DNA of 63,896 nt, the filler included, from Chrysochromulina tobinii (lineage: Eukaryota), in NCBI GenBank assembly GCA_001275005.1. It is 9 parts of 9 records of this genome, joined end to end, with 100 filler letters (N's around TTAATTAATTAA, not from the genome) between each part and the next. Parts side by side here need not be neighbours in the genome. Positions count along the whole stretch, not along the records: positions 2,498 to 17,777 come from JWZX01001225.1; positions 17,878 to 24,165 come from JWZX01001226.1; 7 more parts are not named here. One strand, 5' to 3'. Below the pieces are notes generated by a model. The model searched no databases. It saw nothing but the letters and a program-made list of their open reading frames with translations, and was not told the DNA's origin. Of the stretch, positions 10,257-20,597 are shown in pieces. How positions within the stretch are numbered: the stretch's first letter is position 1; every line of letters begins with the position of its first letter. The position numbers and the translations under genes were made by a program.

Positions 10257-11279
10257 ATGGCGGCGGCCCAAGTCCCAGCCTTTCGGCGCGGAGAGATCGT
10301 CGAATGCTTCTACCGCATGGGCTGCGACGATGGTGGCTACTTTCCGGTCGCGACGATCTCGGCCGGCACGCTGCGCCCACGATTCGGCCGTACCGATGGT
10401 TGGATGACAGCGCGCGTAGACGAGGACTGGCCGCCGCCCCCGCCCGCGCCTGGAATCCCGCCGCCAGGCACGGCGTCGCGCATCCGCGTGCGCCACATGC
10501 ACCCGTTCTGGAGCAACCGGCGCGGCGAGCGCCTTGACCCATTTGAGGACCGGGACATGGTCGTCTTCATGCTGCCCTCCGACGTGCGCCGGCCCGGTCA
10601 GGGATACCAGCCGGCGCTCTCGCTGCTGGTCATGCGCTGGGGCGGCGAGCAGACCCAATTCAACGTCGAGCAGTGGGGCGCGGCCAGCGCCTCCGTCTCC
10701 GACACATACGTCGAGGCCGTGCTCGACCAGACGCTCTACCAGCGGCTGGGACCTAATTACGAAGTCATCTCGGCATTCATCGAGAGCGGAGCGGACATGC
10801 TCAAGCTGCAGCCGAGCGCTGTCGTGCAGCTCATGCACGGCCGCCACCTGTGCGCGCTCTACTTCCTCTGGCCGGTGATGGCGCAGGACGGTGGCGACAT
10901 CGAGCAGAGTGGCATGGTCAACCAGAGTGCCTACTTCAGCACGCTGAGAGCGTTCGAGGCCGCGGGCGTGCCGACCCGCTTCCCGCACGCGTCGCAGCTG
11001 TATGAGACGCTGCTCGCCAAGGACTGGCAGGCCTCGCTCTGCCTCTTCCCGCGGCTGCGCATCCCACCGACGGTCATCGTCAACCGGGCGGCGGTCGTGC
11101 GCTCCCCGCGCACCGCTGCCACGCATGTACTCGAAGCGCTCAGCCAGTGCCGCAGCATGCGTTACGAGAGCGACAGCGCGGAGCCCGACTGCCTGCGGCC
11201 GATGGAGGGCGAGATCCGCAAAGGCGTCGTCAAGCTCGGCTTCGCGTGGGAGGCGGCCCACGTACGCATCTTCCGGGAG
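10257..11279 (+). CDS. ATP-grasp-like protein, 5' exon (true 3' part apparently missing)
   Basis: Coding-like codon usage. FEAAGVPTRFPH..LY..L..KDW and GVVKLGFAWEA resemble the ATP-grasp N/B domains. Reading runs into a repeat intron. Confidence 0.55.
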
Positions 11280-11511
11280 GCTGCCTCTGATGGCCTCTGA
11301 GTGCCTCTTGGCCTCTGAGTGCCTCTGAGTGCCTCTGAGTGCCTCTGAGTGCCTCTTGGCCTCTGAGTGCCTCTGAGTGCCTCTGAGTGCCTCTTGGCCT
11401 CTGAGTGCCTCTGAGTGCCTCTGAGTGCCTCTGAGTGCCTCTGAGTGCCTCTGAGTGCCTCTGAGTGCCTCTGAGTGCCACTGAGCTTGTCACTGAGCTC
11501 GTTACTACCAG
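11280..11511 (+). repeat. Predicted intron made of (GCCTCTGAGT)n decamers
   Basis: ~190 nt of tandem decamers with GCCTCTTG variants. Probable GC donor near 11280; acceptor TACCAG at 11511. Confidence 0.8.
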
Positions 11512-12020
11512 ATCGACTACGCCACGGGCTATCTGGGAGCCTATGCTGTCCTCTTGGGGCTCATCGAGCGCCAAGCCGCGGCACTTGAAGGCAAGGCAAC
11601 GGCCGGCGTGCTCCTGCACACCTCCCTCTGTCAATCGGCGACGTGGATGGCGACGCTGGGGGCCGTGGCTCCTGGGCGCTTCGATTGGATCTGCCGCGTC
11701 ACACGTCTCATGTGGCTCTCGGACCGCCGGTCGGACACCATCAACGACCTCACTTACCTGCCGCCGAGCGTCGCAGGTGATGATGATGAGTGATGATGAT
11801 GAGCCCGGATGGCCACTGATCGCCACTGATCGCCACTGATCGCCACTGATGGCCACCGAGTACCACCGAGTGCCACTGATGGCCACTGACTGCCAGTGAT
11901 TGTTTTTCGAATGTCGCAGTGCGCATGTCCATCACTCCGCCTAAGCGGCATGGGTTTGAGCGATGGTGGCCTGACGATGCGCCCACCGATGATTTGGTCG
12001 TGGCGCCGCCCAAAAAGTGA
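11512..12020 (+). CDS. CoA-transferase family III (CaiB/BaiF)-like C-terminal exons, join(11512..11776,11920..12020)
   Basis: IDYATGYLGAYAVLLGLIERQ...SLCQSATWM and, after splicing, VRMSITPP. GT-AG intron 11777..11919 is filled with GCCACTGAT(C/G) units. Confidence 0.6.
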
Positions 12021-12311
12021 CGAGACTGGCCTGACGAAATTGGCGCCCAGATTGGACGTTGGCAGCCGGTTTGGCCGCCTCTGCGTCATTATACACCGTC
12101 AGCTCAATCTGGTGTCCGGGACGGGGAGATTCGACGCGAGATTAAGAGATATTCCTTGCTTCGCTGCGTGCATGGCTGCGTGGTGTGAACATAGCTGTGG
12201 TGTGTGAGCCGGCTGCGACCCTGGGTTTGCCCGATTCTGCAGCGGCTCCATCCATCGACGAGGCGACGGCTTCGACGTTCATGAGTCTTGAGAATCTCGG
12301 AGACTGACCAT

Positions 12312-12553
12312 CGAGCTCACACCGCACACATACCGGGGTCGGTCGTGGGTGCGGAACAGCGTATATTATTTTAAGTAACGGAACCTGGTCGGGTGCTGTT
12401 CCCTGCTCGTCGAGGGTCATGTTCATGGTCGTCTGTCACAAGTCTGTGAGGATGAGGGACGCACCCGACCTCACGACACCGCGCACGCTCAGAACCGCGC
12501 CCTCCTGCAGCATTCTCTCAAGGTCAAGCAATCACCATCGCGATCGCCATCGC
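12312..12553 (+). repeat. ~240-bp direct repeat, copy 1
   Basis: Matches 13834..14076. The 3' ~140 nt are nearly identical; the 5' part is diverged. Confidence 0.92.
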
Positions 12554-12740
12554 ATACCAACGCGCGGTACTGTAGCTGTAACTAATCACCGGATCAATTG
12601 CACCGGATCTCAACAGAGCTCGGACCCTCCCTGCGCCTCACGCTTACCTCACGCTTTGCAACGTGGGGGTGTTGGAGCATATCAACAGAACCTGCTATAG
12701 GCGCTTCGAGATGTGGCGCCTCGTGTTGCACAAGGGCGGC

Positions 12741-13481
12741 TTAAGAGCCCTCCTCCGATGCCTCGGAGGAGTATTCGTACTCGTACAACTCCGCACGCGC
12801 ACCCGGGGGGATTACCAGGACCAAGGCCATGAAGAGACGTTCGTTACTGATGCCCATCGCGGCGGAAAAGCCCGGCGGGAAGTCGTCAAGCTCCAGCAGG
12901 CTGGCCGGGTCGCCTCCAGTACTGTGTAGCAGCGTCGCGATCTTTATGTGATGCTTCGCATCGCGCGCGAGGAGCTGGGCGATCATCTGTGGCCAAACGT
13001 CCGGGATGTCAGCATATGGAGGCACACAAAAGTGGGCACGTTGACTGACCTTGCGGCGATGCTGGGGCTCGCACTTAATTGTCCCACATATTAGCCCGCA
13101 CGCGAGGTGCAGCATCTTCTTGGTGACTCCCTTGTCCTTTAGACGTTCGGCTGCTGAACAAAGCCGTGAGGGAGCCTCGACCAGGTCGCGGATGGCCTCA
13201 TGTGGTTCGAGATCCTGGATGAGGCGATCGTAAGCGTCGATATCGAAGTCGGACCCGTCGGGCGTCTCCACGAGAGCTTTGACAACACCGATCGCGCACC
13301 ACAGACTTCTAGACGTCAGGAGCGACCTGTTCCACCACGTGTCGACGCGGGTCGTTGCAAGAGTGTGCGTGCGCTTGCAGGTGAGCATGAAGTTGGAGGC
13401 GTCGTTTAGAGGCAGCGCAGACGCGATGTGTACGATGATATCGTCTTCCAGTCTCGCGAAAAGCGACTCAGGCACCTCCAT
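12741..13481 (-). CDS. F-box domain protein
   Basis: N-terminal LFARLEDDIIVHIASALPLNDASNFMLTCKRTH fits the F-box consensus. Intronless. Confidence 0.7.
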   Translation of the reverse strand: MEVPESLFARLEDDIIVHIASALPLNDASNFMLTCKRTHTLATTRVDTWWNRSLLTSRSLWCAIGVVKALVETPDGSDFDIDAYDRLIQDLEPHEAIRDLVEAPSRLCSAAERLKDKGVTKKMLHLACGLICGTIKCEPQHRRKVSQRAHFCVPPYADIPDVWPQMIAQLLARDAKHHIKIATLLHSTGGDPASLLELDDFPPGFSAAMGISNERLFMALVLVIPPGARAELYEYEYSSEASEEGS

Positions 13482-13833
13482 TTTGCTGAGCTTGAGAGGA
13501 GGGACGGAGAGGGACGCAAAATTTAGATGGAAGATGGAACAAAGCTCTCTCAAGGATCGTCGCGTGCACATCTTTGCAAATGCATGCGCCCACTCTACCA
13601 GCCATTTTCTTGTTTTCCCCGCTGCATGGCCTAATCAACGTTCAGGTACATGTAATCGCAACACTACATCGTGTGACTCTGCTCTACCCTCGAGGTATCC
13701 GATAGAGGCTAGAGGATGAGAACCCCGTGGTGCTCGTTACGAGGTTCGGAAGCCGTTTGCCGCAGCGGCTCAGCCGTGCGCGTGTGTGCGCGATAATCGG
13801 CGACGAGCTCCGCATGTTTGGCCCGGACCTGGA

Positions 13834-14076
13834 CGAGCTCACACCGCACACATACCGTACCGGGGTCGGTCGCCGCGGGTGCGGAACAGTGCTGCAGTAT
13901 AAGTAACCGGAACCTGGTGCGCTGCTGCACACTAGAGGGTCATGTTCATGGTCGTCTGTCACAAGTCTGTTAGGATGAGGGACGCACCCGACCTCACGAC
14001 ACCGCGCACGCTCAGAACCGCGCCCTCCTGCAGCATTCTCTCAAGGTCAAGCAATCACCATCGGGATCGCCATCGC
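13834..14076 (+). repeat. ~240-bp direct repeat, copy 2
   Basis: Matches 12312..12553. Confidence 0.92.
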
Positions 14077-14119
14077 TAGATCTCACCCAGATCTCACCCT
14101 GATCTCCCTCAGATCTCCC

Positions 14120-17100
14120 TCAGATCTCCCAGACTTGCTTCGCCGGCAGGTCCGTCTCGATGCCCGGCTGTAACGGCTGTAACGGCTGTAACGGCAGGTC
14201 CGTCTCGACGCCCGGCTGTAACGGCTGCGAAAAGGCTCCCGAATAGCCTGGCGTGCGCAAAGGCGGCACCGGCTCTGGAGCTTCGGCCAAGTCCATGGCC
14301 TTCCGCGCACGCCGGCTGGCGCAGCAGCTGTCGAGCGGCGTTCCCTCGGACTCGAACGCACTCGTGAGCCACGAGAACGGGTGCGCGTGGTTCGTTGTGA
14401 TGAGCGCCTTCTCGTGCCCGTTGGCGTGCCCGTTGGCGCGCCCATTGGTCGCGTTGAGGGGGGCTGAGGGCCTCTCACCACCCGCGACGACGGCGCGCGC
14501 CTGATGAGGGTAGCAATCAGAGGCACTCAGAGACCATCAGAGCTCATCAGAGGCCATCAGAGCCCATCAAGAGGCCGCGTCTCTGTCAGGCCTCGCCCGC
14601 AACGGCGCGCTTGCCTCTTGGAGCCTCTGCTCGACAGCGCTCTTATCAGCGTCGGAGAGGAAGTAGGGATGCTCGAGCGCCGCGTCGAGCAGCCGTTGAT
14701 ACTCTTCCACAGCCGCGCTCGGCTGGCCTAGCAGCAGCAGCATTTTGGTCGAGAGGATGGCAGGGCCGGAGCGTCCGCACAACTCAAAGGCTTCAAGAAA
14801 GTGGGCGCGTGCCACAGCGTACTCGCCACGGTCGCAGGCCTGCACACAGGCAGTGTACCGACCCTAGCGCTCAGCTGCCATCATGCGCAATCAGCTGTCC
14901 TCTCAGTCGCAATTAAGTCGCAATCAGTGCACCATCAGGGGCTCCTCACGGTCACCTGCTGGCCCGCCTTGAGTGCACTCACGTACGCCTTGGCCGCCCT
15001 CGCTCGCATGAGAGCCTGGATCTTCTTGCTCGCCTCGTCCTTCGCGGGGGGGGCAGCCTTGGGGGCAGCGTTGAGATTGGGGGAGATGAGATTGGAGGAG
15101 ATGATGAGCTCCTCGAGCGGTGCGCCCACGACGGCGCGCGCCACCTGCCCCCCTTGCTCCTCGGCGATCTCATCGAGGAGATCATCCTCGATGGCGTCCT
15201 GCAATCAACCGCAATCAGTGGTACTCAGCGGTACTCAGCGGGGGCAGCCCTAGCCACCCGGCCGCAATCATAGGCGATCAGGCGTCATCGCAACGGCCAT
15301 GCTCACCTGCTTCGCCCGGTGCATCCCAAGCACCTCCCCCTCTGGCACGGGCTCTGCCGCAAGGGAGATGAGCTGCACCGACCAGCGCGCTTCCTTATTT
15401 GGCAAGGGGGCGCTCGCATTGTCGGCATGAGGGTGCGTGCCCATGCCCTCGGTCTCGCGTACGCGCAACGGGCGCTGGGCTATCGCCCGATAAGGAGTGA
15501 TCATGCACAACTCGGCCGCCTCCCTCTGCTTGGTGGCTAGCAGCTTCTGAGCGCGGTCCGAGAGACCCACGAGGTGCTGCACGGCGGATGGCAAGAAAGG
15601 CCTCAGTATTGTCGTAGCCATCCGTAGCCACCCAAACGGCCATCGGTCGCCACCGAAAAGGCCATCCGTAGCCATCAATCATAATCATAATCAAACATAC
15701 ATCAGCCGCAATCAGTGCCTGTCGCACCTGTGCGAGGTACGCATATTCCGCCGCCGCCGCATGCGCCTCGCCAAGCTTGAGACTCATGTTCGCAGCCGAC
15801 AGCCGAGCCTCGAGGTGGCCCCTGAGCGCATACCTGATGAGGGATGCACTCAGAGCTCATCAGTGCCCATCAAAGCTCATCAGAGACCATCAGAGACCAT
15901 CAGGCAGCCGAGCTTTGAGGTGGCCCATGGGCGCCGTGCTGAGCGCATACACAGCGAGGAAGAGCTCGCGCGCTTCCTGGAAACTTCCGCACGTGTTCGC
16001 GCTGTTGGCGCGCTTGAGCGTGGTTTGGTAATGCTCGTTCTCTTCCTTGAGGCCCTGCGCGCGCGTATACATGGTCGCCATATGGCACCATCAGTGCCCA
16101 TCATTCGCAATCAGTGGCACTCCATGGCACACCCAGTCGCGCGCAGAGGCTTGCTCACCTGCTTACGCGCCACGTAACCTTGTGCTGAATGGCAATCAAA
16201 GGTCGTCATCAGGGGCCATCCGAAGGCCATCCGAGGCCATCATGCTCACCTTCTCGCGCGCCACGTGGCCTTGTGCTGGCAATCAATGGCAATCAATGGC
16301 AATCAATGGCAATCACCTTCTCGCGCGCCACGTGGCCTTGTAAGTACGTCTGCAAGCGCACCGACGTCGCGTCCCGAGCGGCCGCGTACCTGATGAGGGA
16401 GGCCATCAGGGCGTACATCAGAGCGCACATCAAAGGTCGTCATCAGAGGCGATGAAGGCTATGGGCGGTCTCGATCGGTCGCGTACTCGGAGGTGTGAGG
16501 CTTCGCGGCGAGTTGCGCCTGCTGCGCCTTGGCGAGCTTCATCTCCACATGAGTGAGCAGCTTCAACTCCGATTCGGAGACGCCTGTCACGGCGCCGCTC
16601 TCAAACGACCTCATCAGCACCTCGTACTCGTCGTGCGCCTCCTGTGAACACGACCCAAATATGGACGACCAGCAGAGGCCATCAGAAGCAATCAAAGGCC
16701 ATCAGAAGCCAGCAAGCAGTGGCCATCAGAAGCCCTCCGTGGGCATCAGACGTCATCAGAGGTCATCATAGGTCATCATAGGTCTTCAGAGGGCATCAGA
16801 GGTTATCAGGGGTCATCAGAGGGCATCAGAGGTCATCAGAGGGCATCAGAGGTCATCACAGGTCATCAGTGGCCCTCCGTGGGCTTCAGTGGCCCTCGCA
16901 CCTGCGCACGCCCGAGCTTGAGCGACATGTTGGCCGCCGAGAGTGCCGCGTACGGCTGGCCCGAGAGCTCATAGCACTGCAGGAAGAGAATGCGTGCAGC
17001 CGCGGGGTGACCTGCTTGATTCTCAGCCATCCCGGCGGCCATGAGCTGGGCGTACGTCATGGATCCAGCGACACCCATGACGGCGCCATGAGCGGCGCGA

Positions 17101-17777
17101 GCCACCTTGTCGTGGCAGAGCACAGGCCCGCGATCGTGACAGGGGAGCTGAAGGGGCTCCTCCTCGTGAGCGACCGGCACGGCGCTCTTCACACTCAGCC
17201 CATCACGGCGCTCGGTGCTCCGCTCGGGGCCCGCCACGACGCTCGGCTCGGCGGTGCCGAGCCGTTTGGACGCCTCCGACGGCGCACGGGCTTCGGGACG
17301 TGACGACGAGCTTGCCTCCGTGATTCCCTCCGAGCTTCCCATCGAGATTCCATCCGAGACCCTCTCCGAGACCCCCTCCGTGCTTTTCTCCGAGATCCCC
17401 TCCGTGCTTTTCTCCGAGACCCCCTCCGTGCTTTTCTCCGAGACCCCCTCCGTGCTTTTCTCCGAGACCCCCTCCGAGATTCCCTCCGAGATCCCCTCCG
17501 ACGGCCCGCGGGAGTCGGGGCGTGACGCCGAATGCGAGGGCTGTTTCGGTGGTGGCTTTGGGAAGGCTCGGGCGATCGAACGCACGAGGGTTTCGTCTTC
17601 GGCTGTCGTGGTCGCGGTCGCTTTTGTTGCTTTTGTTGCGGTCGTCACAGTGGCGGCGGCGGCGGCTGTGGCTGTAGCGGCGGTGGTGGCTGTAGCGGCG
17701 GCGGCGGCTGTAGCGGCGGTGGTGGCTGTGGCTGTAGCGGCGGTGGTGGAGGCGGCAGGGGGAAGGGGCGGGGGCGA
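14120..17777 (-). CDS. TPR-like repeat + IQ-motif protein, 5'-partial, 8 predicted repeat-filled introns
   Basis: Removing introns 16642..16901, 16390..16486, 16055..16316, 15834..15950, 15577..15727, 15199..15306, ~14864..14955 and 14501..14614 gives one frame. It encodes three TPR-like pairs (ARxLFLxxYEL...LSAANMSLKLG) and IQ-like motifs (VRLQTYLQGHVARE, KIQALMRARAAK). Confidence 0.75.
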
Positions 17778-17877
17778 NNNNNNNNNNNNNNNNNNNNNNN
17801 NNNNNNNNNNNNNNNNNNNNNTTAATTAATTAANNNNNNNNNNNNNNNNNNNNNNNNNNNNNNNNNNNNNNNNNNNN
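17778..17877. other. Artificial contig linker
   Basis: 44 N + TTAATTAATTAA + 44 N. Confidence 0.99.
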
Positions 17878-18204
17878 CGAGTCAAGCACGTTCTTGAAGA
17901 AGATCTGGAACTCGGGCAATGAAAGCACTCCGTCTCCGTTCTTGTCGCAGAGATCGAAGAGCTGCAGCATCTTGTCCTTCCCGGGCAGGTCGAGGTCCAT
18001 GCTCCTGGCCACGCCGTCGATGGCGAGCAAGATCTCCTCTTTGTCCAGCGTGCCGCCGCCATCCTTATCCGCCTTGGTGAACACATCGCGGCCCAGGTCG
18101 CGGCGCTTGTCCTTGTCCTCCGCGAGGACGGCGATCTGTTTTGCCTTCGTCACCAGGTTGCTTTTCGCGGCCTCAACCACCTTCTCGCCCACCTTCTTCG
18201 GCAT
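17878..18204 (-). CDS. Small EF-hand protein (3'-partial)
   Basis: Canonical loops DKDGGGTLDKEE and DKNGDGVLSLPE. Confidence 0.85.
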
Positions 18205-18398
18205 CGTGGATTGCGTGTGGGACGAGCTCTCTCGAGAGAGAGGCGGAACGTGGCCGATTTTGATATTTAATACTGCCCCGATTCGGGAGGGCGCGTCAGA
18301 CTCCATTTGCATGCATGCGCAGACATCTCACAAGCAATCGTAGTCCACACAAATGGGTGCCAACGCGCGCGTGTCCCTGCGAGGAGCGGCGCCTGTTC

Positions 18399-19907
18399 AT
18401 GAATCGCGGTGCTGTGAAGATCTTGGAAAAGCTCTGCATGCTCGTCGCTGCCTCTCGAGCCGCTCGAGCGCCCCTGCCTCAACCTTCAGCCGTGCTGAAG
18501 GTGCCGCATCGACCGGCCCCACTTCCAGCGTCCACGCCGGCCTCGGAAGCATTCGGAAATGCAAATACTCAGGCAGGCCAGAATGGCGCAGCGGCGGCGG
18601 GGGCGGCTCACGCGCCCGCACAGCCGGTCAGCGCCAGGGTCAAGGAGCTCAGGCGGAAGCTGGGCGACAAGATCGAGCTCATCGTCAGGCTCTTCAAAAA
18701 GTATGATCTCAACGGCAACGGTCAGCTCGACCGGGCCGAATTCAAGTCCAGCGTGCGTGGCGTCCTTGGGCTGGAGAGCATTGATGACGAGGCTTGTGAT
18801 CGCCTGTTTGACGACTTCGATCACGACCATTCGGGAGAGATCTCACACTATGAGTGCATACGCTTCATGCTGCTCAGCGTGCTGCAAGCATCCGTGTCGC
18901 GCGTAATCAGCCTCTTCAAGCTCTGGGATGCCGACTGCGACGGGACGGTCGATAAGGAGGAGTTTCTTCATGGCTTTGAGACGATGGGCTTCGATGTCAA
19001 GGTGATGCGCGAGGCCATCTGCCAGCTGTTTGACGAGCTCGACGAGGACGGTTCGGGCACGCTTGACTACGAAGAGCTCAGCCGCACGCTCAAGCGCCCG
19101 GGCAATTCCGCAAGGCAAATGGCGGCAGAGATCCATGAGCGCCGCGTTGAGCGCGGCGTTGAGCGCGGCGTTGAGCGCGGCGTTGAGCGCGGCGGCGCGG
19201 AGCAGGCGCCCCCGAAGTCGTCGGGGCCGTCGGGGCCGCCCTCACACGTGCCGGCGTCCCCTCTCACGCTCGCTTTCGCCGCCACCAAATTTCGCAGGCG
19301 AGCGCTGCCACTGCCACGCCGCCCACCAGATGCCATCGCGGCGGCAGCGCGGGCGGCCGTCGAGGCGGATACACCATCATCGCTGGCCCGACGAGCCGCT
19401 GCAGCACCTGCGCAGTCTGACGCTTCAGTCTCCTTGGAGGACTATCCACATGTGGAAGTCCCCTCCGAATCAGTCTCGTTGGGTGCATTTTTGAATGACC
19501 TCGTGGCCACTCGCGTGCATCGCCGTCCGCCAAACAGCACAGCTGAACGCCTCGCGCCGGCACAGCTGCCGATGCAGCCTTGTGCATCATCCCGAGGGCC
19601 GCAGCCGTCCTCCTCGCCCCTAGGGACGATGCAGAGGGCCAATCTGGCGAGGCCGAGATCCGCACCCACCATGTCGGGTCCGGGTGCTGCAGGTGTTGCT
19701 ATGGTGCGTCGACACGATCGTTCTGGCGACCTGAGTGGTGTCGCCTTTGGTATTGCTCACAGGAGCGCCCCAATGCTACCACCGCGGCCCCCGCCTCCTA
19801 CTGTTGGCCTCGTTGGACCCCAGACGAGCGCCAAGTGGCGGTCGAGCCCGTCGTGGCCAACGATCGTCCCGCTGAGTTTCAGTCAGCAGACGATCCGTGT
19901 CTTATGA
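18399..19907 (+). CDS. Four-EF-hand protein with disordered C-terminus
   Basis: Loops DLNGNGQLDRAE, DHDHSGEISHYE, DADCDGTVDKEE and DEDGSGTLDYEE. Start uncertain. Confidence 0.85.
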   Translation: MNRGAVKILEKLCMLVAASRAARAPLPQPSAVLKVPHRPAPLPASTPASEAFGNANTQAGQNGAAAAGAAHAPAQPVSARVKELRRKLGDKIELIVRLFKKYDLNGNGQLDRAEFKSSVRGVLGLESIDDEACDRLFDDFDHDHSGEISHYECIRFMLLSVLQASVSRVISLFKLWDADCDGTVDKEEFLHGFETMGFDVKVMREAICQLFDELDEDGSGTLDYEELSRTLKRPGNSARQMAAEIHERRVERGVERGVERGVERGGAEQAPPKSSGPSGPPSHVPASPLTLAFAATKFRRRALPLPRRPPDAIAAAARAAVEADTPSSLARRAAAAPAQSDASVSLEDYPHVEVPSESVSLGAFLNDLVATRVHRRPPNSTAERLAPAQLPMQPCASSRGPQPSSSPLGTMQRANLARPRSAPTMSGPGAAGVAMVRRHDRSGDLSGVAFGIAHRSAPMLPPRPPPPTVGLVGPQTSAKWRSSPSWPTIVPLSFSQQTIRVL

Positions 19908-20597
19908 TTGGTGTTCCCGGCTTAACGGCGAAGATTCATACCGGATGGTGAGTCTCTGAGACTCCTGACGGAGTCTGAATTCAGAATACAGAAACGGCAC
20001 GCGAACCCTCCTTTTTTTCCGTCACGAACGGACGGCCCTTGAATGTTGAAATACTTGAAAGGCACATCCAGTTCCCTAGCGATATTAACGAAAGCTACAT
20101 GTAACATCAACTACATGCCACAAATGGTCAAGGACAACCGCCATGTTGATGTTCCCGTCCTGCTGTTCCCAAACGACAAACGAGGTCCTCCAGGCGGAGG
20201 CGACCTCACCGTCGAGATACAAACACACATGAAAAATAGAAGACCACTCCCCCGGTGTGTCGCGGTCGTCCAGTCCACAGTCCACAAAGACAGTCCTGGG
20301 TCTCTGCGGACAGCGCTTTCCTCTCGGTGACTTCCTTGCCGCCTCGCCTCCCGACTCACGAAAGCGAGCGCGTTCCATTTTCCCCCGCGGCCGCGCCTTC
20401 CCACACTATCGACCGACTCCCGAGAGCGCATCCCAACTCCCCTGCGCCTTCCCCCACTCGACGGACACTCGACTCCCGAAACCCGAAAGCGCGTCCCATA
20501 CTCCCCCGCGTCTTTCCACGCGACTCCCACCCATGCTTTCTGCGCAATGCCTCCCGCAAGAAATGGACTCTCCTCTTCGGCCCCTTCAACCGCTCCT

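Noticed and set aside
11230..11886. ORFs with ALRGTQRHSE / SVAISGDQWR peptide repeats
   Set aside because: These are translations of the decamer intron repeats, not proteins.
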